Assembly: GCA_018714345.1 (NCBI GenBank)
Contig: DVNO01000036.1
Coordinates: forward strand, 240-64,239
DNA from: Candidatus Enterousia avicola
GTDB taxonomy: Bacteria; Pseudomonadota; Alphaproteobacteria; Rs-D84
DNA: 64,000 nucleotides
Direction of reading: 5' to 3'
The first letter of the stretch is position 1. Every line of letters starts with the position of its first letter. Shown here in pieces: positions 1 through 9,313 of the stretch. Below the pieces are notes generated by a model. The model was not told the DNA's origin and searched no databases. It was given only the letters and a program-made list of their open reading frames with translations. The translations under genes were made by a program, and so were the position numbers.

Positions 1-731
1 GTGGTTGTACCATTTGGCAAGACCGCCGCCAAAATCACGAACTGGTGACCCGAAAACAGAGATTTATGAGACGCTTGTAACTGACGCTGTCCAGCCTCTG
101 CTAATGCACGTGTGCTATAAGAGCCTATCTGTGCATACCAAGAATAAGCTTTTGGTGCAGTTTGCGCTTTTTGACTCTGAGACGTACGACGAACAGTCTG
201 CTGCTGCGCTGTTGTTTTTGTTACCGTCTTCTTAGCCGTAACAGGTTTCGCTGCAACGGGTTCTGCTGGTTCCGATTTAACCGCTGCTTTCTCGGGATTA
301 AATTTAACTTCTTTCCTATCTTCTATAACCCGCACAGGAACACCAGGTGTTGTATTCTGCACGACTGGCTGCGGTACCGGTTGTTGTACAACAGGCTGTG
401 GTGCCGGTTGCGGCTGAACAGTAACAACATTCACAGGTTGACCAGGTCTCGCATCAGGTGCTGGCGGAACGACTAAAGGTGCATCCGCTTCTTGCCCTTC
501 AACTATTACAGCTGGGGCATCTAAGTCTACCTCCATCGTAGAAGAAGAATCCCCACCAACGATACGAATTATTACATACGTCGCCAATATTATAATCAAA
601 ACACCTACACCGATAAGCAACCACGGTTTCTTAGGACGCGGCGTTGAAAAAGGTGTTGCATCTGGCAACGTGTCCATTGTATCAGAGTCATCGTTCAGAT
701 CTAATAAATCCAAGTTATCGTCATTATTCAT
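1..731 (-). CDS. SPOR-domain cell-division/peptidoglycan-binding membrane protein; partial, C-terminus runs off the window start
   Basis: Manual minus-strand translation from the ATG at 731, with GGAGA 7 nt upstream, reads MNNDDNLDLLDL... It has a single TM (WLLIGVGVLIIILATYVII), a long P/Q/V-rich linker, then a SPOR-like C-terminal segment (YSWYAQIGSYSTRALAEAGQRQLQ...FVILAAV). It is absent from the ORF track because no stop falls in the window. Confidence 0.55.
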   Translation of the reverse strand, partial: MNNDDNLDLLDLNDDSDTMDTLPDATPFSTPRPKKPWLLIGVGVLIIILATYVIIRIVGGDSSSTMEVDLDAPAVIVEGQEADAPLVVPPAPDARPGQPVNVVTVQPQPAPQPVVQQPVPQPVVQNTTPGVPVRVIEDRKEVKFNPEKAAVKSEPAEPVAAKPVTAKKTVTKTTAQQQTVRRTSQSQKAQTAPKAYSWYAQIGSYSTRALAEAGQRQLQASHKSLFSGHQFVILAAVLPNGTT

Positions 732-804
732 AAGGATTCTCCCATAGTTCTTTGTGAACAATTATACCACAAAAACCGCAATTTTCAAAGACTATATGAA
801 TTAA

Positions 805-948
805 TTACTTCGGCATTTGCCCAAAATTTGGTGGAACTATCAGTTTATGATTTTCCTCTACAATTGGTTCTGTTTCACATTTTGACATACATGCTGATAA
901 AAGCATTGGCGTCGCAATTACAGCAATTAATAAAATTATTTTTTTCAT
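805..948 (-). CDS. small predicted lipoprotein (47 aa)
   Basis: Minus-strand sORF MKKIILLIAVIATPMLLSACMSKCETEPIVEENHKLIVPPNFGQMPK with a lipobox LLSAC, AAAGGA upstream and a TAA stop. It is not in the ORF track because it is under 60 aa. Confidence 0.35.
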   Translation of the reverse strand: MKKIILLIAVIATPMLLSACMSKCETEPIVEENHKLIVPPNFGQMPK

Positions 949-1016
949 GAATATATCCTTTTTCCTATTCACAGACATATTATAATGGCGCGTTTACAAC
1001 GCGCCATACTTTATTT

Positions 1017-2750
1017 TTATGCAGGTAATTTTACCGCGTTCTTTATTTGCTCAATAAACTCGCTTAAAGGCATTGTTTCCTGCTTTTCTACTCCAAGACG
1101 ACGCAGTGTAACCGTTTTGTCTGCCATTTCTTTTTCACCAACAACAGCGATTATAGGTGTCTTTGCAAGCGATAATTCACGGATTTTATAATTTACCTTT
1201 TCATCACGCAAATCTGCACGTGCATAAACACCATTGTCACGCAATTGTTCAACTATATCTTCTGCATATTCGCGGAACTTTTCAGAAATAGGCGCAACAA
1301 CGACAGGTTCTGGGGACAACCACAAAGGTAAATTACCACCAGTTGATTCTAACAAGATTCCCATGAAACGTTCAATAGAGCCCAACATAGCACGATGCAA
1401 CATAATTGGACGATGCTTTTCACCATCTTCTCCGATATAAGACAAATCAAAGCGTTCAGGTAAATTCATATCCAGCTGCACCGTACCACACTGCCAAGTA
1501 CGTCCCAGCGCATCTTTTAGATAGTTATCAATTTTTGGTCCATAGAATGCGGCGTCGCCTTCTGCAATCTCGTATTCAATTCCATTGGCGTCCAAAGCAT
1601 GCTTCAACGCCCCTTCAGCTTTGTCCCAAATTTCGTCAGAACCGATACGGAATTCAGAATCCTTACGCGTAGCCAATTTCATAGAAATCTGAGTAAAACC
1701 AAACTTTCCATAAATGTCTTTGATAAAGCGCAAAATTTTTACAACTTCTGCCTCTAACTGTTCTTCTGTGCAGAAAATGTGCGCATCATCTTGCGTAAAT
1801 TCACGTACACGCATTAATCCAGACAAAGCACCAGCAGCCTCATAACGGTTTACTTTTCCAAATTCGGCCAAGTATAAAGGCAAATCTTTGTAAGACTTGA
1901 TACCCTGACCAAACACTAACATACCGCCTGGGCAAGACATAGGTTTTACACAGAAAGTTTTACCATCTTGCGTTTTACCAGAATAGTTGTGTTCTCCGTA
2001 TTTAGCCCAGTGACCGCTGCGCTCCCACAAAGAACGATCCATAACAGATGGTGTTGAAATTTCTTGATAACCTGCCCTTTCTTGACGTTTGCGGATATAT
2101 TCTATCAATTTACGATATATCTTATACCCTTTGTCGTGCCAGAATACTGCGCCCGGTGCATATTCAGGTTCAAAATGGAACAAGTCCATATCTTTACCCA
2201 ATTTACGGTTATCGCGCATGGCTGCTTCTTCTTGCATCTTCAAAAACTGTTCTAGCTCTTCTTTCGTAGAAAACGCATCAACGTAAATACGCTGCAACAT
2301 TTTATTTTTCGCATCACCTTTCCAATAAGCACCTGCAACATTACGGATTTTAAACGAATCGCGCGGTAAATCTTTTGAAGATTCTACGTGTGGCCCACGG
2401 CACAAATCTACAAAATCACGAAAAGTATAAACAGACAACTGTTCGCCAGCCGCATCGTATTCATTCAACCATTCCATCTTGTACGGTTGATTTGCAAAAA
2501 TCTGTTTCGCTTCATCCAAAGATACATTGCGCTGTTCAAAGCGACCGTTTGATTTAATTAACGCGCGCATTTCGTGCTCAATTTTTTCAAAATCATCTTC
2601 GGAAAATCTGTGTTCTGTATCAAAGTCATAATAGAACCCATTTTCAATTGCGGGACCACCAGCAAATTTAACATCTGGATACAACTTTTGTACAGCTGCC
2701 GCCATAACATGTGCTAACGAATGGCGAATCGTTTCAATAGGATATGACAT
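1017..2750 (-). CDS. thrS: threonyl-tRNA synthetase, lacking the N-terminal TGS/N1 domain
   Basis: Carries the editing-domain HxxxH (HSLAHVM) and CRGPH, the class II motif RDNRKLGKDMDLFHF, and a C-terminal anticodon-binding domain. An in-frame stop lies 15 codons upstream of the ATG, so the short N-terminus is real. Confidence 0.93.
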   Translation of the reverse strand: MSYPIETIRHSLAHVMAAAVQKLYPDVKFAGGPAIENGFYYDFDTEHRFSEDDFEKIEHEMRALIKSNGRFEQRNVSLDEAKQIFANQPYKMEWLNEYDAAGEQLSVYTFRDFVDLCRGPHVESSKDLPRDSFKIRNVAGAYWKGDAKNKMLQRIYVDAFSTKEELEQFLKMQEEAAMRDNRKLGKDMDLFHFEPEYAPGAVFWHDKGYKIYRKLIEYIRKRQERAGYQEISTPSVMDRSLWERSGHWAKYGEHNYSGKTQDGKTFCVKPMSCPGGMLVFGQGIKSYKDLPLYLAEFGKVNRYEAAGALSGLMRVREFTQDDAHIFCTEEQLEAEVVKILRFIKDIYGKFGFTQISMKLATRKDSEFRIGSDEIWDKAEGALKHALDANGIEYEIAEGDAAFYGPKIDNYLKDALGRTWQCGTVQLDMNLPERFDLSYIGEDGEKHRPIMLHRAMLGSIERFMGILLESTGGNLPLWLSPEPVVVAPISEKFREYAEDIVEQLRDNGVYARADLRDEKVNYKIRELSLAKTPIIAVVGEKEMADKTVTLRRLGVEKQETMPLSEFIEQIKNAVKLPA

Positions 2751-2937
2751 AATAAAAATCCTTATATTTATTAAAGTAATATTAAATTGTTGTTAATTAT
2801 TGCACTGTGCGGGAAAAACCGCAAATAGAATCTACACCCCCGCAGGGGTTGTTGTTGTAGTTGTAAAGAAGAAAACAACACTATTTTTCATAACGACCGT
2901 GATTTTAGTACTTAAAACAAATAATGTCAAACCTGTT

Positions 2938-3687
2938 TTACATCACATCAATTATACAACCAAACAACACCGCAAAGAAGAAGCAAACGCTACCGCCTAT
3001 AACAAACAAGTGCCATACAGCATGAGAATACTTCATCCTGCGCCACAGATAGAATATTACGCCCAATGAGTACGACAAGCCACCGGCCAATATAAACCAC
3101 AAGCCTCGTACAGGGATGTTATACAGCATTGCAGGTAATATGAACAATAATGTCCACCCCATAAGAAGATAAAGTGCGACTATCCATTTTGGCTGTTGTT
3201 TTGGATTACGCATTTTCATAATAGAACCAAATATAACAATTGCCCATAAAATGCCAAAAACGGTCCAACCTATCCAACCACGCAAATTTACCAACAAGAA
3301 AGGCGTGTATGTGCCGGCTATTAAGGCATATATAGCCACACTATCCCATACCTCAAAGAAACATTCCCCCTTTTTTCCTATTGTCGCGTGGCACATTGTG
3401 GACCCGAAATAAAGCGTGAACATAGTCAAACCAAATATGGCACAAGAAACTATTGCCCACGGGTCACCCTTCAACGAAGCAAAAACAACTAACAAAGTTA
3501 ATCCGGCAATTGCCAGCCCAATACCGATACCATGCGTTAGTATATTTAACGCCTCTTCAGATTTTGTACTTGGTCTTTCCCAGCGGAATAAACCTGTTGC
3601 ACGAAGTATACGTAGCAAACGACCGCCGCGCGAATCGGATTTAACCGCTTTAAGTTTTTCACGAACAACTTTTTTTGATTTAACCAT
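2938..3687 (-). CDS. hemolysin III / PAQR family 7-TM membrane protein
   Basis: Multi-pass membrane protein with conserved His-containing motifs (HGIGIG...; YSHAVWHLFV) typical of YqfA/Hly-III. Confidence 0.75.
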   Translation of the reverse strand: MVKSKKVVREKLKAVKSDSRGGRLLRILRATGLFRWERPSTKSEEALNILTHGIGIGLAIAGLTLLVVFASLKGDPWAIVSCAIFGLTMFTLYFGSTMCHATIGKKGECFFEVWDSVAIYALIAGTYTPFLLVNLRGWIGWTVFGILWAIVIFGSIMKMRNPKQQPKWIVALYLLMGWTLLFILPAMLYNIPVRGLWFILAGGLSYSLGVIFYLWRRMKYSHAVWHLFVIGGSVCFFFAVLFGCIIDVM

Positions 3688-5260
3688 TGATTACATCCTT
3701 TATACGACTTACAACCTTATCTTGTCCCATAACTTGCATAATAGAATACAAGTCTGGTGTATTTGTGCGACCTGTTAAAGCCACGCGCAAATTCATTGCT
3801 ACTTCACCATTTTTTACGCCTTTATCGGCGGCGATTGCAACAATCTTTGCCCACCAAGAATCTTTATCATCACAAATATCAAATGTTGATAAAAACGCAG
3901 ATAATAAATCTTTATTAAATTCGTAATCTTTATTTGACACAAACAAATCATCCCAGAAGTAAGAAACCTCCTGCAAAGTTTGTTTCCACGTAATAAAATC
4001 CTTGCGAATACGTTTTGGGTTGTCGCGTTCAATAGCCAAAATATTTTTCAAATATTCTGGATCATTACCGATTCGCGCCGCCCATTGCAAATCATATTCA
4101 TCGGCCCAATCACGAACCCGCTTAACCAATTCATCAACTGGCAAGGTAGCGATATATTCTTTCGCCCACCATTCAAGTTTTTTCATATCAAACAAGGCGC
4201 CAGACATAGGTATCTTCTTTGGACGCATTTCGTAATCCCAAATAGATTTTACCTGTCCTTTAGATTTGGCCTCTTCATAACCAGATGCCGCAATATTTCC
4301 AAGGTACTCTAAAACCGCCTCAACTGGCCAACCATCTTGAAGGAAGAAAGCCACATTAGCTTCTGGATCATGGCGTTTTGATAACTTGCGCTGCTTACCA
4401 GTTTCTTCATCAATTTTATCGATTGTAGAGGTATGAATATATAACGGCGGTGTCCAGCCCATCATCCTAAATAATTGAATATGCAGCGGGAACGAAGGCA
4501 ACCACTCTTCCCCACGAACGACATGAGTCGTACGCATAAAGTGGTCATCACACAAGTGTGCAAAATGGTATGTCGGCAGTCCGTCATTTGATTTTATTAA
4601 GACAATATCTTCATTATTTTCTGGGAAACCTATAGAACCACGGACAGCATCTTTACAAAAAATACGATTCGCTGGGTTGCCCATAGAATACAAACGAATC
4701 GATGGCACTTCACCCGCATCCAATCGACGTGTTATTTCTTCTTCTGATATATCTCTATCCCGCGCAAACTCGCCATATATACCAGTTGCAAAACCAGCTG
4801 CCTTTTGATTTTCACGAATTTTATCCATATCTTCCGGCGTCAGAAAACATGGGTACGCCAAACCACGTGCCAACAAATCTGCTGCTACACTGTGATAAAT
4901 ATCTTTACGCTGAGACTGATAATAAGGCCCATATTCTGGAATATCGTTGTATTCCAAACCGAATCTGTGCATAGAATCTTCAATTATCCTGACTGCGTCA
5001 GCAACCTCGCGCTTGGTATCCGTATCTTCTATGCGCAACATAAACACCCCACCAGATTGACGGGCCAATTTACAATCAATAAACGCCTGATATAAGCCAC
5101 CAATATGCATATACCCTGTCGGGCTTGGTGCAAATCGTGTAACAAACGCCCCTTCTGGTAAATTACGTGGAGGATATTTTGCCTCTAACTCTTCCAAAGT
5201 GTATTTTGGTGCTGCACCCAATACACGTGCAATAACCTCTGCTGATAAACCTTTACGCAT
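3680..5260 (-). CDS. gltX: glutamyl-tRNA synthetase
   Basis: Class I HIGH motif RFAPSPTGYMHIGG and KMSKS-like KLSKR. The FAPSPTG signature indicates GluRS rather than GlnRS. There is roughly a 40-aa N-terminal extension upstream of the HIGH motif. Confidence 0.88.
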   Translation of the reverse strand: MRKGLSAEVIARVLGAAPKYTLEELEAKYPPRNLPEGAFVTRFAPSPTGYMHIGGLYQAFIDCKLARQSGGVFMLRIEDTDTKREVADAVRIIEDSMHRFGLEYNDIPEYGPYYQSQRKDIYHSVAADLLARGLAYPCFLTPEDMDKIRENQKAAGFATGIYGEFARDRDISEEEITRRLDAGEVPSIRLYSMGNPANRIFCKDAVRGSIGFPENNEDIVLIKSNDGLPTYHFAHLCDDHFMRTTHVVRGEEWLPSFPLHIQLFRMMGWTPPLYIHTSTIDKIDEETGKQRKLSKRHDPEANVAFFLQDGWPVEAVLEYLGNIAASGYEEAKSKGQVKSIWDYEMRPKKIPMSGALFDMKKLEWWAKEYIATLPVDELVKRVRDWADEYDLQWAARIGNDPEYLKNILAIERDNPKRIRKDFITWKQTLQEVSYFWDDLFVSNKDYEFNKDLLSAFLSTFDICDDKDSWWAKIVAIAADKGVKNGEVAMNLRVALTGRTNTPDLYSIMQVMGQDKVVSRIKDVING

Positions 5261-5813
5261 TTTTATTTTCCTTTTCCCATTCTGACTTTAACTTAGAATA
5301 AGTATACACATCTTTCAACTTATCATAGATCATATAACTCTGACGACGAATGCCCTCACAAACATATCCTGCACGCTTTGCAACATTTTCAGATTTTATA
5401 TTTTCTGTCTCCATAATAATTTCTATTCTGTTCACATCCATATTTTTAAATGCAAAGTCTTCTAACTTTTTAACACAACGCGTCATTATACCACGACCGG
5501 TGTATTTATTTGACAGCCAATACGCAATCTCAGCAATTTTATTTTTTTTAGAACTAATATCAACACCAACGTTTCCAACTATTTTTCCATCGTATATTAT
5601 GTAATAAGACCCATTATCAGTTTGGGAGACTTTATACATATGCATAAACATATCTTCTGGACAGCGAGATTCATCAATCCAGGACAAAAAGCGACGTAAA
5701 GAATCACGCTCGGCATCTACAACATCAAAAATTCTACGCGCATTTTCAAATGTAGGTTCTATTTTCTCTAATGTTATATCGTCAAATTTAATGACCTTGG
5801 GGTATTCTGTCAT
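5253..5813 (-). CDS. GNAT family N-acetyltransferase (RimJ/RimL-like)
   Basis: Acetyl-CoA binding region YWLSNKYTGRGIM...; GNAT fold length of 186 aa. Confidence 0.7.
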   Translation of the reverse strand: MTEYPKVIKFDDITLEKIEPTFENARRIFDVVDAERDSLRRFLSWIDESRCPEDMFMHMYKVSQTDNGSYYIIYDGKIVGNVGVDISSKKNKIAEIAYWLSNKYTGRGIMTRCVKKLEDFAFKNMDVNRIEIIMETENIKSENVAKRAGYVCEGIRRQSYMIYDKLKDVYTYSKLKSEWEKENKNA

Positions 5814-5857
5814 ATTTTAACCTTGTATTCGTATACGCTGAATTTTATACTAATTAT

Positions 5858-6493
5858 ATGGAAAAACAAGAAATAAGAACTTTTGGACGCCGTCACGGCA
5901 AGAAATTATCAGCACGTCAAAATTTATTACTAGAAGCCGTGCTGCCAACCATAAAGCCGGCAAATTTGCCATTAAACACGTCTATGATTTTAGAAATCGG
6001 CTTCGGTTCAGGTGAACATCTACGCGAAATAAGCCGGCAAATGCCGGATAAAATCATAATTGGTGCCGAACCTTTTATGAATGGCGTAGCATCGCTATTA
6101 TCGGCAATCACAGATACAAACAATTCGATTCGTTCTGAATACAAAAATATAAGAATTTTTCCTGATGATGTCCGAGACTTTTTACATAATACCGATTCGA
6201 AATTTGAACAAATATGGGTTCTACATCCTGACCCATGGCCAAAGGCACGCCATGAAAAACGGCGACTTTTAAACGCAGAATTTTTAACGTTATTATCTAA
6301 ACACCTAACCCCAAACGGAGAAATAATAATAGGCACAGATCATTGGGAATACTTTGACTGGATAATAGAACAAGTAAAACATACCACGCTTACGGCAACT
6401 ATACCAGACCTGGCAACCATACACACCCGCTATCAAGAAAAAAATAAAGCCGGCACAACATCACCAAAGTACATGGTTCTTACAAATAGTTGA
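5858..6493 (+). CDS. trmB: tRNA (guanine46-N7)-methyltransferase
   Basis: SAM-binding EIGFGSGEH motif and TrmB-like length and architecture. Confidence 0.85.
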   Translation: MEKQEIRTFGRRHGKKLSARQNLLLEAVLPTIKPANLPLNTSMILEIGFGSGEHLREISRQMPDKIIIGAEPFMNGVASLLSAITDTNNSIRSEYKNIRIFPDDVRDFLHNTDSKFEQIWVLHPDPWPKARHEKRRLLNAEFLTLLSKHLTPNGEIIIGTDHWEYFDWIIEQVKHTTLTATIPDLATIHTRYQEKNKAGTTSPKYMVLTNS

Positions 6494-7148
6494 TAAAAAA
6501 TTTAACTTTCTGCGATAAATCAGGCCTAATTGCTTGAAACAAGCGTGCAGTTTGCTCTATACGATTACCGTTGTTACCCAAAAGAAAATGAAATTCGAAA
6601 TCATCTTCGGGCGTCAAAGCGTTCAGCGCAGCATAAACCCTGCCTACGTAATCAGAATTATCACCTTCATCTTTTGGTAAAACCAACAATAATCCACTTG
6701 CCCGCATTTTTTTTAATGCATCAAATAAGTGTTGCCATTCAAAAGGCCCTAGTTCATTTATATCAATACCAAAAAATAGAGACTTATTAAAAAACAAATC
6801 ATCTCTTATCAAATATAATTGAGAAACAAACGCATCTATATCTCGCATAGCGACAAAGACCTGTGCACCATCTGCCCCATTTTTAAATGCTTGGTTTATT
6901 TTAGCGGACAAAAAGGAAATTTGGTCTGAGTCTTGACCCTTTAAGTAAAATCGTGAGAAAATTTTGACCTGTTTTCCTTCCAACCAGGGCCACACGATAG
7001 AAACAGAATCTGTTCCAACAGACATATATGGGATTCGCTTTTCTATAGCAACCGAAGCAGCCTGAGCCAAATCAGTTGGTTCAATTCCAGCCGAGCACCA
7101 TATTGCCGCCTCACTAATATTATCAAGAATGTTATCCGGACTTATCAT
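6480..7148 (-). CDS. hypothetical protein
   Basis: 222-aa ORF with no recognisable motif. It sits divergent to the 7182 cassette. Confidence 0.45.
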   Translation of the reverse strand: MISPDNILDNISEAAIWCSAGIEPTDLAQAASVAIEKRIPYMSVGTDSVSIVWPWLEGKQVKIFSRFYLKGQDSDQISFLSAKINQAFKNGADGAQVFVAMRDIDAFVSQLYLIRDDLFFNKSLFFGIDINELGPFEWQHLFDALKKMRASGLLLVLPKDEGDNSDYVGRVYAALNALTPEDDFEFHFLLGNNGNRIEQTARLFQAIRPDLSQKVKFFINYL

Positions 7149-7181
7149 TGCTCTTTTTACTTTATCACAAAATATGATATA

Positions 7182-8150
7182 ATGAAAATCAATATGAGAA
7201 TACGCTTAGACAATGTATTACTGTGCATATTATGGATCCTAGCGGTAACACTGGGCGCATGTTTTTGGTTTAATACAGTATTTGGTTTCAATATATTTTC
7301 TGGCGAACATTGGGAATATGTCGCATCCTTGCAGGCGACCAAAGCACCGATTAAAACTACATTTTACGTTTCAATGGCAATCACGATATTTGTAGCTATT
7401 CTGGGCTTATACATGGTAGTCAGACCAAGTATGAGGAAAATTCGACTGCCCATAATAAAAAAATCTAATCACACAAATGATATAAAAACGCAAAAAGTCC
7501 AAGACGCTACAACTACACAAAGCATCAAACCAGATACAGATGCATCCACATTAGATATTATCTCTGAGGGTGCACAACAAGGCATAGCCGCCTCCCCTCG
7601 TCCACAGGGACCATCTGCGTCTGCAAGGCCACCCAGACTTGTGCTGCCCAAAATAAACAATACCGGCGCATTTCAACAACCCTCATCTCAACTGTCACCA
7701 ATAGCACAACCAAGAAATACTGGGCCAACTGATGAAGACGTAAAAAAGCTAGAAGAAATTTTCACAAACGCTGGCTATGCAGTAAAAAAGAACGCACGCG
7801 TAAACGGCATAATGACCGCATTAATTGCGATTGGTTCTAACGAGACAATGTGGCTTGGCTGCGTTGGTGTGCCAACAACTAAAGTAAGGGAAATAATAGA
7901 AAAATTTGAACAGATTTTTTCTGACACCTTAGACGAAACAGAAATAAATATAAATGGTTTTACCATTTCTGCGCCGGATGAAAGCACATCAGAATTTGAA
8001 GACATTCTTATGTTTAAAACAATTGAAGACTTGCAAGCATATATGCAAGACAAACAAAATCCTCTTCCGGAAGACGACGAAGATAGGGAAATGTTTGACG
8101 CCTACTCTCAATACATAGACGCAGTAATAACGCACATAGGATTGATTTAA
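7182..8150 (+). CDS. membrane-anchored hypothetical protein with P/S/Q-rich low-complexity linker and acidic C-terminal domain
   Basis: Two N-terminal TM helices, then a roughly 100-aa disordered P/S/T/Q-rich segment (ASPRPQGPSASARPPRL...SSQLSPIAQPRNTGPT), then a globular C-terminal domain. Because a TGnTATAAT element overlaps 7182, the true start may be the ATG at 7194. Confidence 0.55.
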   Translation: MKINMRIRLDNVLLCILWILAVTLGACFWFNTVFGFNIFSGEHWEYVASLQATKAPIKTTFYVSMAITIFVAILGLYMVVRPSMRKIRLPIIKKSNHTNDIKTQKVQDATTTQSIKPDTDASTLDIISEGAQQGIAASPRPQGPSASARPPRLVLPKINNTGAFQQPSSQLSPIAQPRNTGPTDEDVKKLEEIFTNAGYAVKKNARVNGIMTALIAIGSNETMWLGCVGVPTTKVREIIEKFEQIFSDTLDETEININGFTISAPDESTSEFEDILMFKTIEDLQAYMQDKQNPLPEDDEDREMFDAYSQYIDAVITHIGLI

Positions 8151-8659
8151 TGCAACTAACTAAAGAAATTGCAGAAAAAAAATTATCAGACATGAATATG
8201 AGAGACATGCCGATAATGGACTATCACCCTATTCCGGCAATGGTTGCACCTGATTGGTTTAAAAAATATAAAAAACTGTGTCATGAATTTATAATATCTT
8301 TAACAGATTCAATAGAACAACTTGCTTTTATGAACCTATCACAAGACGAGTTTATGGCGTTAATTACGGGTCGCAAGATACCACAGAATCTTTCAATCAG
8401 ATTTCGTGTACCACTTATATGGGGCGGCAAACTAGAAATAGATAATATGTTCATGTGCTGGACGTTTCCAAACTCTCAAAACTTGGATAGGTTTATACAA
8501 GATCAAAATGATGCGAACATCGTATGGTTACCAAATCCCGCCACAAAAATTTATGTACCTGGTCATAATCTGAGTGGTGGTGATGGTGGAAACGCAACAG
8601 AAGACAGGCTTAGCCAAATGGCAGCACAAATAGCAGCATCGCGCGGAATGGAACAATAA
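8150..8659 (+). CDS. hypothetical protein (169 aa), translationally coupled to upstream gene
   Basis: Its start ATG overlaps the upstream TAA (TAATG). It contains a Gly-rich SGGDGGNATEDR segment. No confident family assignment. Confidence 0.5.
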   Translation: MQLTKEIAEKKLSDMNMRDMPIMDYHPIPAMVAPDWFKKYKKLCHEFIISLTDSIEQLAFMNLSQDEFMALITGRKIPQNLSIRFRVPLIWGGKLEIDNMFMCWTFPNSQNLDRFIQDQNDANIVWLPNPATKIYVPGHNLSGGDGGNATEDRLSQMAAQIAASRGMEQ

Positions 8660-8667
8660 AGGCAGAA

Positions 8668-9102
8668 ATGAATTGCAATGAATTTATATCTTTAATGAAA
8701 TCCCATGGTGCAAAATTTGCACCAGCAGCATCTATGCCTTCGATAACATTAGCTAACACAACGTTGCAAAATATTCGCGCTGCAATGCTACCAAAATCCA
8801 TTACAGATTTATATATGCAATGCAGCGCCTTGAACCTTGGGAATGGCTATATATTTGGCCCGACAGAGATAAAACGTGGAAACAAATATCCAATTCCAAG
8901 TATAATTGACATAAACACAAAGCTATCCGGCTGTCCGAGTTTACTTGGTAAAACCGTCTTTGGTAGGAACGATTTGTTTTGGTTTGCTTTTGATTCCTTT
9001 GGAACATATTTCATGTTAGATAACGTGACATTAAAACAGCTGCGAAAGTACGAGGACCCTTATAAAGCAATGTCGGACTGTTTAATTGCTGGGAACATAT
9101 AA
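8668..9102 (+). CDS. putative SUKH (SMI1/KNR4)-like immunity-family protein
   Basis: The N-terminal pattern ...LPKSITDLYMQCSALNLGNGYIF and the C-terminal LFWFAFDSFGTYFMLD resemble the SMI1_KNR4/SUKH-1 signature (LP..Y..FL...NGG ... D..G...L.D). The call rests on my motif reading alone. Confidence 0.45.
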   Translation: MNCNEFISLMKSHGAKFAPAASMPSITLANTTLQNIRAAMLPKSITDLYMQCSALNLGNGYIFGPTEIKRGNKYPIPSIIDINTKLSGCPSLLGKTVFGRNDLFWFAFDSFGTYFMLDNVTLKQLRKYEDPYKAMSDCLIAGNI

Positions 9103-9310
9103 AATGAAAAAATTATCCGTATCTTTATCTGGTCACCAAACAAGCATATCACTAGAGAAAGAATTTATTGATGCCTTGCACGAAATATCTTTAAAAGAGA
9201 ACAAATCTATTGCTTCTATAATAGAACACATAGACGACAACCGTGCCCCTGATTCAAACCTATCATCTGCGATAAGGGTTTGGATTTTTAAAAGATATTA
9301 TAAAGCATAA
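9086..9310 (+). CDS. ribbon-helix-helix (RHH_4) domain protein
   Basis: GHQTSISLEKEFIDAL...NLSSAIRVWIF matches the RHH_4 pattern (r.TSvsLE.eFw.aL...nLSSAiRvfvl). It overlaps the upstream gene by 17 nt. Confidence 0.6.
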   Translation: MLGTYKMKKLSVSLSGHQTSISLEKEFIDALHEISLKENKSIASIIEHIDDNRAPDSNLSSAIRVWIFKRYYKA

Positions 9311-9313
9311 TTT

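Noticed and set aside
5-476. Plus-strand ORFs 5..235 and 162..476
   Set aside because: They overlap the convincing minus-strand SPOR-domain gene, and their translations are low-complexity with no motifs.
2836-2850. CCCC-GCA-GGGG hairpin between the hemolysin-III gene and thrS
   Set aside because: Only a 4-5-bp stem with no adjacent U-run on the relevant strand. Too weak to call a terminator.
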